DNA from: an uncultured Actinomycetes bacterium
GTDB taxonomy: Bacteria; Actinomycetota; Actinomycetes; S36-B12; UBA10799
Assembly: GCA_963842975.1 (NCBI GenBank)
Contig: CAWJIH010000006.1
Location: 87,331-151,330, forward strand
Length of the DNA: 64,000 nucleotides
Reading direction: 5' to 3'
Shown here: piece by piece, positions 10,414 to 20,908 of the stretch
Numbering within the stretch: the first letter of the stretch is position 1
Layout of the letters: every line of letters starts with the position of its first letter
Notes under the pieces: generated by a model
The model's database searches: none
What the model was told of the DNA's origin: nothing
Seen by the model: the letters and a program-made list of their open reading frames with translations, nothing else
Program-made: the position numbers and the translations under genes

Positions 10414-10746
10414 GTGAAAGCCGAAAACGCCAAACTCGTCACCCTGGCCAGGGGGGCCCGTGGACGTGCCGGATCAACCACTGGCGCAGCCGTGCGCGAT
10501 GACACCGGACGGTCGTACTCCGGAGCCGATGTGGTGCTGCCTTCGCTGCGGCTGTCTGCGCTCCAGTTAGCAGTTGCCCAGGCCGTCGCGGCTGGGGCAC
10601 GCGGCATTGAAGGCGCGGCGGTGGTCGCGGTTGAACCGCGGGCCACGCACCACGACCTCGCTGCCCTGCGCGAGGCCGGCAGTGTGGGGATTGACGTGAT
10701 TCTCGCCGATGTTTCCGGTCACGTGGTCGGAAGCGAGACGGTGTGA
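10414..10746 (+). CDS. Cytidine deaminase-like protein (catalytic residues absent)
   Basis: KLVTLARGAR, GAAVRDDTGRSY and SALQLAVA; position before era; no C/HAE or PCxxC. Confidence 0.7.
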   Translation: MKAENAKLVTLARGARGRAGSTTGAAVRDDTGRSYSGADVVLPSLRLSALQLAVAQAVAAGARGIEGAAVVAVEPRATHHDLAALREAGSVGIDVILADVSGHVVGSETV

Positions 10747-11675
10747 GCGAGGCCGACGTGAGTACCTACCGCTCTGGTTTCGCCTGCTTGGTGGGTCGTC
10801 CCAACGTTGGCAAATCGAGTCTGACCAACGCCATGGCCGGCGAGAAGGTGGCTATCACCTCCAGCCGACCCCAGACCACACGGCACGCAATCCGGGCGCT
10901 GATCAATCGACCCCACGGCCAGTTGATCATGGTGGACACCCCCGGGCTGCACAAACCCCGAACGTTGTTGGGGGAGCGTCTCAACGACTTGGTGCGGGCC
11001 ACCTGGGCCGAGGTCGACGCGGTCGGGTTGTGTCTGCCGGCGGATCAGCGGCCTGGTCCGGGGGATCGATTCATCGCAGAGCAACTGCGCGGGCTTAGAC
11101 GCACTCCGGTGCTGCTGCTGGTGACCAAGATGGATCTGGTCGACAAGGCCGAAGGCGCCGCGGCCTTGGTCCGGGCGGCCGAAGCCTGCGCGGACGCAGG
11201 TCTTCCGGTTGCAGAGGTCGTGCCGGTGTCGGCTCAGAGTGGGGAGAACGTGGAGCTGGTCACTGACCTGTTCCTCGCGCAGTTGCCGGAAGGGCCAAGG
11301 CTCTATCCGGAAGATGCCACCACCGACGAACCGGAAGAGGTGTTGGTGGCTGAACTCATTCGGGAGGCCGCGCTGGAGGGGGTTCGAGACGAGCTACCGC
11401 ACTCGCTTGCCGTGACGGTCGAAGAGATGTCGATGCGTGAGGGTCGGCGAGAGGAGGACCCGCTACTGGACATCTATGCCACGATCCATGTCGAACGCGA
11501 TAGCCAGAAGCCAATCATCATCGGACGCCGAGGAACGAGGCTCGGCGACATCGGCAAGACGTCTCGGCAAGCGATCCAAGCTCTGCTCGGAACTCCGGTC
11601 TACCTCAACCTCCACGTGCGGGTGGCCAAAGATTGGCAGCGCGACCCGAAGCAACTGAAACGGTTGGGCTTCTAA
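10743..11675 (+). CDS. era: GTPase Era
   Basis: GRPNVGKS, QTTR, DTPG, TKMD and KH-domain SQKPIIIG. Confidence 0.97.
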   Translation: MSEADVSTYRSGFACLVGRPNVGKSSLTNAMAGEKVAITSSRPQTTRHAIRALINRPHGQLIMVDTPGLHKPRTLLGERLNDLVRATWAEVDAVGLCLPADQRPGPGDRFIAEQLRGLRRTPVLLLVTKMDLVDKAEGAAALVRAAEACADAGLPVAEVVPVSAQSGENVELVTDLFLAQLPEGPRLYPEDATTDEPEEVLVAELIREAALEGVRDELPHSLAVTVEEMSMREGRREEDPLLDIYATIHVERDSQKPIIIGRRGTRLGDIGKTSRQAIQALLGTPVYLNLHVRVAKDWQRDPKQLKRLGF

Positions 11676-11777
11676 ACCGCGCTCACTTGTCTTCGGGCGT
11701 CGACAGTGCCACGGATCTGTGTGAGTAGCTCTCAACGGACAACGTCGTCGGCGGGTTCCTTTCGTTTCCGCGACTTC

Positions 11778-12968
11778 TTAGTCGGCGAGGTTTCCTGCAG
11801 CGACGGAATCCAGCTCGTAGCGGCGACCATAGGTCGTGACGATCGAGGTGATCGCGGCCGCAATCGGGATGGCGATGATGGCCCCCATCGCACCTCCCAG
11901 CGACGCGCCGACGATAACGGAAGCGAACGCCACTGCTGGGTGGATGTCCAGGGTGGCCGCGCTGATCTTCGGTGCCAGAAGGTAGTTCTCCAACTGTTGG
12001 TAGACGGTGCCGAAAATCAAGATCCAGACTGCGTCGAGCGGGTCGTTGAAGACCGCGACGAGCATTGGCAGCATGATCCCAAGGTAGGTACCCACGGTGG
12101 GGATGAACTGGCTGACGATGCCGCTGAACAGACCCAACGGCAGCCAGTAGGGGACACCGATTACCAGCAGGAACAGCGACATGAAGAAGGCCGCAATCAG
12201 CGCGAGCAACAGCCTGGACACGACGAAGGCGCCAGTCTTTTGCACTGTGATGTCCCAGACGGTGGCGAAAACCTGCTGGCGCCCGGTTGGCAGCCAGGAC
12301 GCGATTGTGCGTCGCAGCCGCGGTCCGTCAGCGGAGAAGTAGAAGGCGAACAGCAGCATCGTGAACATCTGGAAAACCAGGCCGACTGTGGTGGTCAGCA
12401 CCCCAAACACGCCGCCGGCCACATTGGTCGCCCAGGAAGTCAATTGACTTGTGCTGATGTTGAATTGCTTCGCAATCGCTTCCGGGTCGATGTCGCGCTC
12501 AAAAGTCCGGCTGGCCCAGTCCGCGGCCCGGTCGATGATGCTCGGGATCTCTTGAATCAGTTGCGAGAGTTGGGCGACGAGCAAGCCGCCGAAGGTGGCA
12601 GTGAACACGACTGCCAGTAGCCCAAAGGTGATCATCGCGATGCCGGTCGCTGCTCCCCGCCTCACGCCCCGACGGGATAGCCACCCAACAATGGGTTCCA
12701 GTGCCACCCCGAACAGCCAGCCGATCAGCAGGAGGAAGAGGAAAGACGCAATGCGCTCAAAGACCCAGAAACCTATGGCAAACACCACCAGCAGGCCCAA
12801 AATGAGCAACACCGACCGGCGCAGTCGACCTGGGTCGAAGGCGACGACTTGGACGTCGTCCACGCTGGTGCCGCCGGGGGGTGTGGTCGCGTCTGGGTTG
12901 TCAGGAGCCTGCACTCCGGAGGGCGTGGGCGGGGTGGAGCCCGCAACACCCGGCTCGTCTGTTGACAT
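11778..12968 (-). CDS. AI-2E family transporter
   Basis: FIPTVG, YQQLENYLLAPKI, IHPAV and GAIIAIPIAA motifs; many TM helices. Confidence 0.9.
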   Translation of the reverse strand: MSTDEPGVAGSTPPTPSGVQAPDNPDATTPPGGTSVDDVQVVAFDPGRLRRSVLLILGLLVVFAIGFWVFERIASFLFLLLIGWLFGVALEPIVGWLSRRGVRRGAATGIAMITFGLLAVVFTATFGGLLVAQLSQLIQEIPSIIDRAADWASRTFERDIDPEAIAKQFNISTSQLTSWATNVAGGVFGVLTTTVGLVFQMFTMLLFAFYFSADGPRLRRTIASWLPTGRQQVFATVWDITVQKTGAFVVSRLLLALIAAFFMSLFLLVIGVPYWLPLGLFSGIVSQFIPTVGTYLGIMLPMLVAVFNDPLDAVWILIFGTVYQQLENYLLAPKISAATLDIHPAVAFASVIVGASLGGAMGAIIAIPIAAAITSIVTTYGRRYELDSVAAGNLAD

Positions 12969-13047
12969 GGACTGATTGTGCACCACGGCTGCGACTGCGC
13001 GGGCGAGCTGCTCCACATTTCACCCAGCAAAGGGGAGACTAGACACC

Positions 13048-13788
13048 ATGCCCTTGATCCGTGACGAAGGTGTGGTGCTTCGCTGCCATAAGTTGGGCGA
13101 GGCCGACCGGATCGTCACGGTGCTGACGCGGGATCGAGGCCGGGTACGCGCGGTGGCCAAAGGCGTCCGACGGACGTCGAGCAGTTTCGGCGCTCGTTTG
13201 GAGCCACTGGGACACGTCGACATCCAATTCCACACTGGACGCTCACTAGAAATCGTGACCCAAGTTGAGTCGTTGTATTCCTACGGCAACGTCCTTTCCC
13301 GCGACTACGGCCGTTGGACGGCCGGCCAGGCAATGCTGGAGGCGAGCGAGAAACTCACCCCAGAGGAGGGCCACCCGGCGCGCCAGCAGTACCTACTGTT
13401 GGTCGGCGGGCTGCGTGCCTTGGCCAGCGGTGATCACGACCACGGCTTAATCCTGGACGCTTTCTTGTTGCGCTCGTTGTCGGTGGGCGGGTGGGCGCCG
13501 ACGTTCGATGAATGCGCCCTGTGCGGTGTGCCTGGTCCGCATCGAGCTTTCCACTTCGGGGCCGGCGGGGCGCTGTGCCGCGAGTGCCGCCTGCCTGGAT
13601 CCGCCGCACCCACCCCGGCCGCGCTGGTATTGATGGCGTCGCTGCTCACCGGCGATTGGGATGCCGCTGACGCCGCCGACGTGCGTAGCCGCAGGGAAGC
13701 CAGTGGCGTGGTAGCCGCCTATGTGCAGTGGCACCTTGAACACCGACTGCGGGCGTTGCCCCTAGTGGATCGAACCGCAGGGGAATAG
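13048..13788 (+). CDS. recO: DNA repair protein RecO
   Basis: KLGEADRIV, AVAKGVRR, FGARLEP and CxxC...CxxC zinc site. Confidence 0.96.
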   Translation: MPLIRDEGVVLRCHKLGEADRIVTVLTRDRGRVRAVAKGVRRTSSSFGARLEPLGHVDIQFHTGRSLEIVTQVESLYSYGNVLSRDYGRWTAGQAMLEASEKLTPEEGHPARQQYLLLVGGLRALASGDHDHGLILDAFLLRSLSVGGWAPTFDECALCGVPGPHRAFHFGAGGALCRECRLPGSAAPTPAALVLMASLLTGDWDAADAADVRSRREASGVVAAYVQWHLEHRLRALPLVDRTAGE

Positions 13789-13855
13789 CGGGCTGGATCC
13801 ACAACGGCGACGTCGCTGCCGCTGCGGGTCCACTTCCGATGGCACAATCACGGAT

Positions 13856-14695
13856 ATGCCCGTTCGACCGCCCACACCTCATCCTTCCGGGGTGCGTCCT
13901 CCGCTATTCGAACCGGGTGAGTTGCCCAATCACGTGGCGATCGTGATGGACGGCAACGGCAGGTGGGCGCATCAGCGTGGGCTGCCGCGCACCTCAGGCC
14001 ACGAAGCTGGCGAGTTTGCGTTGTTCGATGTCGTCAACGGAGCCCTCGAAGTCGGCGTCAAGTGGCTGTCGGTGTACGCCTTTTCAACTGAGAATTGGCG
14101 GCGCTCGGCTGAAGAAGTGCGCTTCCTGATGGGGTTCAACCGTGATGTGGTGCGCAGGCGACGCCAGGAAATGCACGAACTCGGCATCCGGGTTCGGTGG
14201 GCAGGTAAGGCTGGCCGGTTGTGGCGCAGCGTGGTCTCCGAGTTGCGCACCACCGAAGAACTCACTGCGTCGAACGATCGCATGAATCTGGTCATGTGCG
14301 TCAACTACGGCGGCCGGGCTGAACTCGCCGATGCGGCCAGCGCGATGGCCGCCGACGTAAAGGCGGGTCGGCTCAACCCGTCCCGAATCGACGAACGGAC
14401 GATCAACCGATACCTGTATGTGCCGGACATGCCGGATGTCGACCTCTTCGTGCGCTCCAGCGGTGAGCAGCGCACCAGCAACTTCCTGCTCTGGGAAGCC
14501 GCATACGCCGAGTTCGTTTTTCTGGACACCTTGTGGCCCGACTTCGACCGGACCCACCTATGGCACGCGCTGGAGCTTTATGCCGGGCGCGAGCGCCGCT
14601 ACGGTGCGGCGCCGCCGGTGGAGCCGCCGCCAGCGCATGCGCGACCAGGGATCCCCACGATAGTTACCGAAGCGCTACCGGGAGATCCGGCGTGA
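13856..14695 (+). CDS. uppS: Isoprenyl (polyprenyl diphosphate) transferase
   Basis: HVAIVMDGNGRWA, FSTENW, NYGGR and RSSGEQRTSNF motifs. Confidence 0.95.
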   Translation: MPVRPPTPHPSGVRPPLFEPGELPNHVAIVMDGNGRWAHQRGLPRTSGHEAGEFALFDVVNGALEVGVKWLSVYAFSTENWRRSAEEVRFLMGFNRDVVRRRRQEMHELGIRVRWAGKAGRLWRSVVSELRTTEELTASNDRMNLVMCVNYGGRAELADAASAMAADVKAGRLNPSRIDERTINRYLYVPDMPDVDLFVRSSGEQRTSNFLLWEAAYAEFVFLDTLWPDFDRTHLWHALELYAGRERRYGAAPPVEPPPAHARPGIPTIVTEALPGDPA

Positions 14696-15690
14696 CCGCT
14701 TCGACGTCCGCGTCGACAGGCACGGAAACCGAACCGGGTCGGTGGCGTCCTGGTGCGCTCGAGGTCCTCACCATCGGCATGTTGGTGGTGCTGGTGGGGC
14801 AGCGCTGGATTGTGGGGTTGTTCGATTCCCCCCGGCTGCAGGCCGGCGCCACAATTTTCGTTTCGATCATCGTGCAGGCCCTGCCATTCCTGGTGGTTGG
14901 TGTGGTGTTGTCCGGCGCGATCGCAGCCTTTGTGCCCGCGAGTTTCTGGCAGCGGGTACTGCCTTCCAAGCCCGGTTTGGCGGTGCCAGTGGCCGGATGC
15001 GCTGGGGCGGTGCTTCCGGGCTGTGAGTGCGCGTCTGTGCCGGTGGCTGGCGGGCTCATTGCCCGCGGGGTGGCTCCCGCTGCTGCTCTGGCGTTTCTGC
15101 TCTCGGCGCCAGCGATCAATCCGATCGTCATCGCATCGACCTTCGTCGCTTTCCCAAACGATCCGCAGATGGCCGTGGCACGTTTCATCGCCTCGCTCGC
15201 CGCAGCCGTCATCATGGGGTGGCTGTGGCTGCGGTTGGGCAAGGATTCCTGGATTCGGATGCCCCGCCGCGACCATCTCGTGGGCCGCAGCGACTGGCAC
15301 ACCTTTCGGCTCACGGCCACCCACGACTTCCTGCACGCTGGTGGTTATCTGGTGATTGGCGGTCTCACCGCGGCGGTGCTCAACGTGGTGGTGCCCCGAG
15401 ACTTGCTGCAGGCAGTTGCCGACAACCCCGTGTTGGCCGTCGCGGCGATGGCCACGTTGGCGGTGGTCCTGAGTATCTGCTCGGAGGCCGATGCGTTCGT
15501 GGCCGCGTCCCTGACCGAGTTCTCACTCACTTCCCGGCTGGTGTTCCTCGTGGTTGGGCCGATGGTTGACTTGAAGTTGGTGGCGATGCAGACCGGTACT
15601 TTCGGGCGGGTGTTTGCCACCAGGTTCGCGCCGGCCACCCTGGTGGTGGCGATAGCTGCCGCCGTACTGGTGGGCGGGTGGTTGCTGTGA
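14692..15690 (+). CDS. Permease (DUF318/YcgR-like)
   Basis: QALPF, PGCECASVP, APAINP, CSEADAF and GPMVDLK motifs. Confidence 0.88.
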   Translation: MTASTSASTGTETEPGRWRPGALEVLTIGMLVVLVGQRWIVGLFDSPRLQAGATIFVSIIVQALPFLVVGVVLSGAIAAFVPASFWQRVLPSKPGLAVPVAGCAGAVLPGCECASVPVAGGLIARGVAPAAALAFLLSAPAINPIVIASTFVAFPNDPQMAVARFIASLAAAVIMGWLWLRLGKDSWIRMPRRDHLVGRSDWHTFRLTATHDFLHAGGYLVIGGLTAAVLNVVVPRDLLQAVADNPVLAVAAMATLAVVLSICSEADAFVAASLTEFSLTSRLVFLVVGPMVDLKLVAMQTGTFGRVFATRFAPATLVVAIAAAVLVGGWLL

Positions 15691-16454
15691 AGCGCGAAGT
15701 GCAGGGAGTGCTGCTGATCCTGGTAGGTGGGGCGGTGGCCCGGATCGTGTGGTCTGGCGCCTACATCAACTACGTCAAACCCTCGATGCGGGTGTATCTC
15801 ATCGTGTCGGCGGTGATCCTGCTGGCGCTGGGTGTGCTGGCGATCGTCGACGCGATTCGATCACCGCAAGCCACCTCTGAGCAAGGTCAGGCGTCGGCCG
15901 CTTCGGACCTTGACGCAGAGCACGGCCACGAAGACGACGATGGGCACAACCACGGGCGGATGCCGATTGCGTGGCTCCTGCTGCTACCGGTCGCGGCGAT
16001 TTTCCTCGTCGCACCTGGGCCACTTGGTGCCTACACGGCCTCGCGTGAGAACTCCACGGTGACCGCTCCGAAAGACGGCGAAATGCTGCCGCCGCTGCCA
16101 CCCGGGGACCCAGTCCCGGTGCTTTTGGACTCCTTCGCAACCCGGGCCGTCTGGGACGACGGACGCACTTTGGAAGGTCGCACTGTTGAACTCGTGGGAT
16201 TTGTGGTGCCGACTCCGGGATCGGACCTCGGCGGCTGGCAACTGACTCGGTTGATGCTGGCCTGCTGCGCGGCCGACACCGTGCCGGTGAAAGTGCAGCC
16301 ACGAGGGGCCGTCCCGGAGTTTCCCGCCAACACCTGGGTCGCGGTCACCGGCCGCTACATCCCCGGCGGCGGGACGCAGTCAGCTGAGGCGGTGCCCTGG
16401 CTCGAAGTGGACCGCGTCATTCCGATCCCACCGCCCGCGGAGACGTACCTCTAG
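15687..16454 (+). CDS. TIGR03943 (YcgQ-like) permease partner
   Basis: His/acid-rich loop EHGHEDDDGHNHG and CCAAD motif; GTGA overlap with the permease. Confidence 0.85.
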   Translation: MKREVQGVLLILVGGAVARIVWSGAYINYVKPSMRVYLIVSAVILLALGVLAIVDAIRSPQATSEQGQASAASDLDAEHGHEDDDGHNHGRMPIAWLLLLPVAAIFLVAPGPLGAYTASRENSTVTAPKDGEMLPPLPPGDPVPVLLDSFATRAVWDDGRTLEGRTVELVGFVVPTPGSDLGGWQLTRLMLACCAADTVPVKVQPRGAVPEFPANTWVAVTGRYIPGGGTQSAEAVPWLEVDRVIPIPPPAETYL

Positions 16455-16478
16455 TCGTGCCTCAGTGGGGACCGGGTA

Positions 16479-16859
16479 TCAGGTCAAGCCCAGCAACTTG
16501 AGCACGCCGACCACACCCACCACCCCGATCACGATCACCCGGAAAGCACGCGAACTGGGCAGGATCACCGGCCACGACAGCATCAGCAACCAAGCCAAAA
16601 AAACCGCAATGGCCACAATGAAGATGCCCGCCCAAGCCGCTGTAATGAACAGCCCCAGCAGCATCAGCACCGCCATGATCACTGGGATCAGCCACCGCGG
16701 CATCCGATGCAGCACCAGAAGTGGACCGGCGGATCTGCGCTCCAGTTCCCGACGGGCATCAGACCGCTGCTGCGGTGGGGCCTGCTGCGGCTTGGCAGCC
16801 AGCGGTCGGTTGGGCGCGGACGGACGACGATTCGTCGACTTCTTGCGCTTCTTCGACAT
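16479..16859 (-). CDS. Small membrane protein (DUF6703-like)
   Basis: RRELERRSAGPL, FLAWLLMLSWP; three hydrophobic segments. Confidence 0.65.
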   Translation of the reverse strand: MSKKRKKSTNRRPSAPNRPLAAKPQQAPPQQRSDARRELERRSAGPLLVLHRMPRWLIPVIMAVLMLLGLFITAAWAGIFIVAIAVFLAWLLMLSWPVILPSSRAFRVIVIGVVGVVGVLKLLGLT

Positions 16860-16985
16860 GGTCTCAATGGTGAACTAGATTCGGGGGCAGCGTGCAACCG
16901 GGTCCGCAATCGACTCCATAATCCCCAGGAACAAGTCACGCCACCACTCGCCGCAACCAGGTAGCTCACGAAAGATCGGTGCACA

Positions 16986-17336
16986 TTGCTAGTCATCACC
17001 CGGCACAGCACGACACCAGCCGAGGCCGAGCAGTTCCTCGCAGCCGCGACCCGAGCCGCCGAAGTGCTCGCTTTGCGGCCGGGATGTCAGTCGGTTCAGG
17101 TGGCGCGAGCGATCGATGATCCGATGACAATCAATGTGGTGAGTCAGTGGGACGACGTGGGCTCGTATCGTCGGGCGCTGAGCAATTTCGACGTGAAGGT
17201 CGCAGCCGTGCCGCTGCTCGCCACGGCCGCAGATGAGCCGAGCGCGTTCGAGGTTCTCGTGACCGCCAGCGGAGATCGCGTGCGTGTGCGGGACTCCGAC
17301 CGGGCCGCCGACGCTGACACTGCGGGGCCGGCGTGA
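16986..17336 (+). CDS. ABM-like (antibiotic biosynthesis monooxygenase) small protein
   Basis: WDDVGSYRRALSNFDVK...DEPSAFE, typical of the gene preceding glyS in actinobacteria. Confidence 0.75.
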   Translation: MLVITRHSTTPAEAEQFLAAATRAAEVLALRPGCQSVQVARAIDDPMTINVVSQWDDVGSYRRALSNFDVKVAAVPLLATAADEPSAFEVLVTASGDRVRVRDSDRAADADTAGPA

Positions 17337-17486
17337 ACGAATGCAGCGTTGGCGTGGGCGGGGCGGTCGCTTCTCCCTGGGAACGTCGGCACACCGCCGA
17401 CGAGCAGCAGGGCGGGTCGGTAGCCTAGGAAGTCGGGCCCATCAGGTCGGTGGGCGCCGAAACCGAACCTCGCGAGGAGATCACCC

Positions 17487-18863
17487 GTGGCCGCTGACCG
17501 CGTCGATGCCGTCGTCAATTTGACCAAACGACGGGGGTTTGTGTTCCAATCCTCGGAGATCTACGGTGGCAGTCGCTCGGCCTGGGATTACGGCCCGCTG
17601 GGCGTGGAACTCAAGGAGAACATCAAGCGGCAGTGGTGGCAGCGCGTGGTCCGAGAACGCGACGATGTTGTCGGGCTCGATTCGGCGGTCATCCTGGCGC
17701 CTCAGGTGTGGGCTGCTTCCGGGCACTTGGATGCCTTCAGCGACCCACTCACTGAGTGCCGCAACTGCCATCGCCGCTACCGGGCCGACCAGTTGCTGGA
17801 GGAGTTCGAAGAGAAGAAGGGGCGACCGGGGACGCTGGCCGAGGTCGCCTGCGCCAACTGTGGCACCCGTGGTGACTTCACCGAACCCCGCGATTTCAAT
17901 GGCTTGCTGCGCACCTCTATCGGCCCCATCGAGGATGAGGGGGCCATCCACTACTTGCGTCCGGAGACCGCGCAGGGCATCTTCGTCAACTTCGCAAACG
18001 TGATGAACGCGGCCCGGAAGAAGCCGCCGTTTGGGATCGGGCAGGTCGGTAAGTCCTTCCGCAACGAAATCACGCCGGGCAACTTCATCTTCCGCACTCG
18101 GGAGTTTGAACAGATGGAGATGGAGTTCTTCGTCGCTCCGGGAAGCGACGAGGAGTGGCACGAGTATTGGCTTGCCGAACGCTGGAACTGGTACACCGAC
18201 CTGGGCATCAACCCGGACAACCTGCGCTTCTTCGAACACCCCAAAGAGAAGCTTTCGCACTACTCCAAACGCACCGTGGACATCGAATACCGATTCCGGT
18301 TCGCCGGATCGGAGTGGGCCGAACTTGAGGGGATCGCCAACCGCACCGACTTCGACCTCAAGACTCATTCGCAGCATTCGGGAGTCGACCTCTCCTACTT
18401 CGATCAGGCCAACTCCGAACGTTGGGTGCCGTACGTGATTGAGCCCGCCGCCGGCCTCACCCGCTGTGTACTGGCCTTCTTGCTCGATGCCTACGACATC
18501 GACGAGGCGCCGAACGCCAAGGGTGGGGTGGACACTCGCACCGTGATGCGGTTCGATCCGCGACTCGCCCCGGTCAAGGCGGCGGTCTTGCCGCTGAGTC
18601 GCCACGCTGACCTTTCGCCACTGGCCCGCGACCTCGCTGCCGACCTGCGCCGCCGGTGGAATGTCGAATTCGACGACGCCGGAGCGATCGGCCGCCGGTA
18701 TCGGCGCCAGGATGAAATCGGCACCCCGTACTGCGTCACCGTGGACTTCGATTCCCTCGACGACCGCGCGGTGACAATCCGCGAGCGCGACTCGATGACG
18801 CAGGAACGGGTCGGCCTAGACGCGGTTCCCGGGTGGCTCGCCGCCCGCCTTCCCGCGTCCTGA
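17487..18863 (+). CDS. glyS: Glycine--tRNA ligase (homodimeric type)
   Basis: [37 protein letters not shown] and [14 protein letters not shown] motifs. Confidence 0.98.
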   Translation: MAADRVDAVVNLTKRRGFVFQSSEIYGGSRSAWDYGPLGVELKENIKRQWWQRVVRERDDVVGLDSAVILAPQVWAASGHLDAFSDPLTECRNCHRRYRADQLLEEFEEKKGRPGTLAEVACANCGTRGDFTEPRDFNGLLRTSIGPIEDEGAIHYLRPETAQGIFVNFANVMNAARKKPPFGIGQVGKSFRNEITPGNFIFRTREFEQMEMEFFVAPGSDEEWHEYWLAERWNWYTDLGINPDNLRFFEHPKEKLSHYSKRTVDIEYRFRFAGSEWAELEGIANRTDFDLKTHSQHSGVDLSYFDQANSERWVPYVIEPAAGLTRCVLAFLLDAYDIDEAPNAKGGVDTRTVMRFDPRLAPVKAAVLPLSRHADLSPLARDLAADLRRRWNVEFDDAGAIGRRYRRQDEIGTPYCVTVDFDSLDDRAVTIRERDSMTQERVGLDAVPGWLAARLPAS

Positions 18864-18866
18864 TTC

Positions 18867-20069
18867 GTGAGGGCAGCAACGATCTCCGCCGACGCAGGTC
18901 CGCCGCACCGTCCACTGCGGTTGGGCCGATTCGAGTTGCCCGTTCCAGTGGTGTTGGCCCCGATGGCGGGCATCACCAACCGGGCGTTTCGTCGGCTTTG
19001 CCGCGAGCAGGGCGCTGGGCTTTACGTGTCCGAGATGGTGACGTCCCGCGCGCTGGTGGAACGCAACGCCGAAACCTTGCGGATGTGCACGTTCGACGAC
19101 GATGAGTCGCCTCGCAGCGTCCAGTTGTATGGCGTCGATCCGGCCACTGTGGCTGCCGCGGTGGGGATGGTGGTCCGGGAGAACATCGCGGATCATATCG
19201 ATTTGAACATGGGCTGCCCGGTGCCCAAAGTGACCCGCAAGGGAGGCGGCGCCGCACTGCCATGGAAGCGGGACCTGTTCGCCGCGGTATGTGATGCGGC
19301 GGTCGTCGCTGCCGCGGATGCAGCAGCCGCAGTTGGCGTGGCACCGCCGCCGGTGACGGTCAAGATGCGCCTTGGAATCGACGATGATCACCTCACCTAC
19401 CTGGAAGCGGGCAGGATCGCGGCTGAGGCGGGGATGTCGTGGGTGGCGTTGCATGCCCGGACGGCTCAGCAACTCTACGGCGGGACGGCGAACTGGCTGA
19501 CGATCACCCGGCTGGTCGAGCAGTTGGAGCCCTACGGTGTGCCGGTGCTGGGCAACGGCGACATCTGGACCGCCGCCGACGCCGTTCGGATGATGGAACA
19601 GACTGGCTGCGCCGGGGTGGTGGTGGGCCGTGGTTGCCTGGGGCGACCGTGGCTTTTCGGGCAACTCGCCGCAGCGTTCACCGGCGACCCGACACCAGCC
19701 GATCCGGACTTGCACGAAGTCGTGGCCCTCATGCGTCGGCACGTCGAGTTGTTGATCGATGTGCTTGGCGAAGACAAGGGGCCGCGGGACTTCCGGAAGC
19801 ACGTGGCGTGGTATCTCAAGGGGTTCAGCGTCAAACACCATGTTCGGCTCGGATTGGCAAACGTCAGTTCGCTTGCTGAGTTCGACGTGTTGGTCGCCGA
19901 CATCGACCAGGACCAGCCCTTCCCGGAGGACATTGCTGGCAAGCCGCGTGGGCGCACCTCCGGTGGTCGGCCTGTGAGTTTGCCCGAGGGGTGGCTGGCG
20001 AGCACCTGCATCGATGACACGGCTCGGCTGCAGGTGGCTGCGGCGGAGGCGTGGGCCTCAGGCGGCTGA
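18867..20069 (+). CDS. dusB: tRNA-dihydrouridine synthase B
   Basis: LAPMAG, DLNMGCPVPK, VKMR, HART and GNGDI motifs. Confidence 0.95.
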   Translation: MRAATISADAGPPHRPLRLGRFELPVPVVLAPMAGITNRAFRRLCREQGAGLYVSEMVTSRALVERNAETLRMCTFDDDESPRSVQLYGVDPATVAAAVGMVVRENIADHIDLNMGCPVPKVTRKGGGAALPWKRDLFAAVCDAAVVAAADAAAAVGVAPPPVTVKMRLGIDDDHLTYLEAGRIAAEAGMSWVALHARTAQQLYGGTANWLTITRLVEQLEPYGVPVLGNGDIWTAADAVRMMEQTGCAGVVVGRGCLGRPWLFGQLAAAFTGDPTPADPDLHEVVALMRRHVELLIDVLGEDKGPRDFRKHVAWYLKGFSVKHHVRLGLANVSSLAEFDVLVADIDQDQPFPEDIAGKPRGRTSGGRPVSLPEGWLASTCIDDTARLQVAAAEAWASGG

Positions 20070-20183
20070 AGTAGTCTCGGGGAAGGGAACGGCGCGAGGC
20101 TCAACGGCAAACCTCTGCGATTGCACGAATTTGGTAAGTCCTGTGTGTGCCTAATGTGCTATGCCGCCAGGTAATGCAAGAAT

Positions 20184-20897
20184 GTGCCCATGTCCGTATC
20201 GGCTGACCTCGCGCATGAAGGCGTAGCACGTGCGCCTTCGCGTGCCCGCAAGTCAGCCCCCAAGCCGCCTCGTCGTGGCTGGGCGACAGCGGTTGGGTTA
20301 TTGGTCGTTACTGTACTTATCCTCATCGCGGTTGTCCCATTTGCCGCCTCTGCGCATGTGGTGCGGATGTCATCGAGTCACCTCACGGCGCCAACCGATG
20401 CCATCGTGGTGCTCGGTACCGCCCAGTTCAATGGCACCCCATCGCCGGTGTTCGCCAACCGGTTGGATCACGCCAAGGACCTCTACACCCAGGGCGTGGC
20501 GCCAGTGGTCATCACGGTTGGCGGCAACCAACCAGGTGACCTCTTCACGGAGGCAGAAGCGGGCCGGATGTACCTCGAAGATGCTGGGGTGCCAGCTGAA
20601 CGCATCATCGAAGTACCCACCGGCGAGGACACCCTCACGTCGCTGACGGCAGTTGCGGAAGTTATGGCCGACCGGGATTTCGCCACCGTGACGATGGTGT
20701 CCGACCCAGCGCACATGGCCCGATCATTGGCGATCGCAGACCGGCTTGGGATGGTGGCGCAGCCGAATGGGACCAACGCCGGTGACGGCACCACAGTCAC
20801 CGCGGAGTACGTGGCTCGCGAGACGGTCGGATACCTCTACTTCGTTTTCGTCGAGCAATGGCCGGTGGCTCGGGTCCTTCCCAGCCAACTTGACTAG
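20184..20897 (+). CDS. YdcF/DUF218 family protein
   Basis: N-terminal TM; DAIVVLG, RLDHA, TEAEAG, HMARS and YVARE motifs. Confidence 0.85.
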   Translation: MPMSVSADLAHEGVARAPSRARKSAPKPPRRGWATAVGLLVVTVLILIAVVPFAASAHVVRMSSSHLTAPTDAIVVLGTAQFNGTPSPVFANRLDHAKDLYTQGVAPVVITVGGNQPGDLFTEAEAGRMYLEDAGVPAERIIEVPTGEDTLTSLTAVAEVMADRDFATVTMVSDPAHMARSLAIADRLGMVAQPNGTNAGDGTTVTAEYVARETVGYLYFVFVEQWPVARVLPSQLD

Positions 20898-20908
20898 CAT
20901 CTGCCCAC

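Noticed and set aside
17337-17486. T-box or glycine riboswitch upstream of glyS
   Set aside because: No GGGTGGNACC T-box core or glycine aptamer consensus visible
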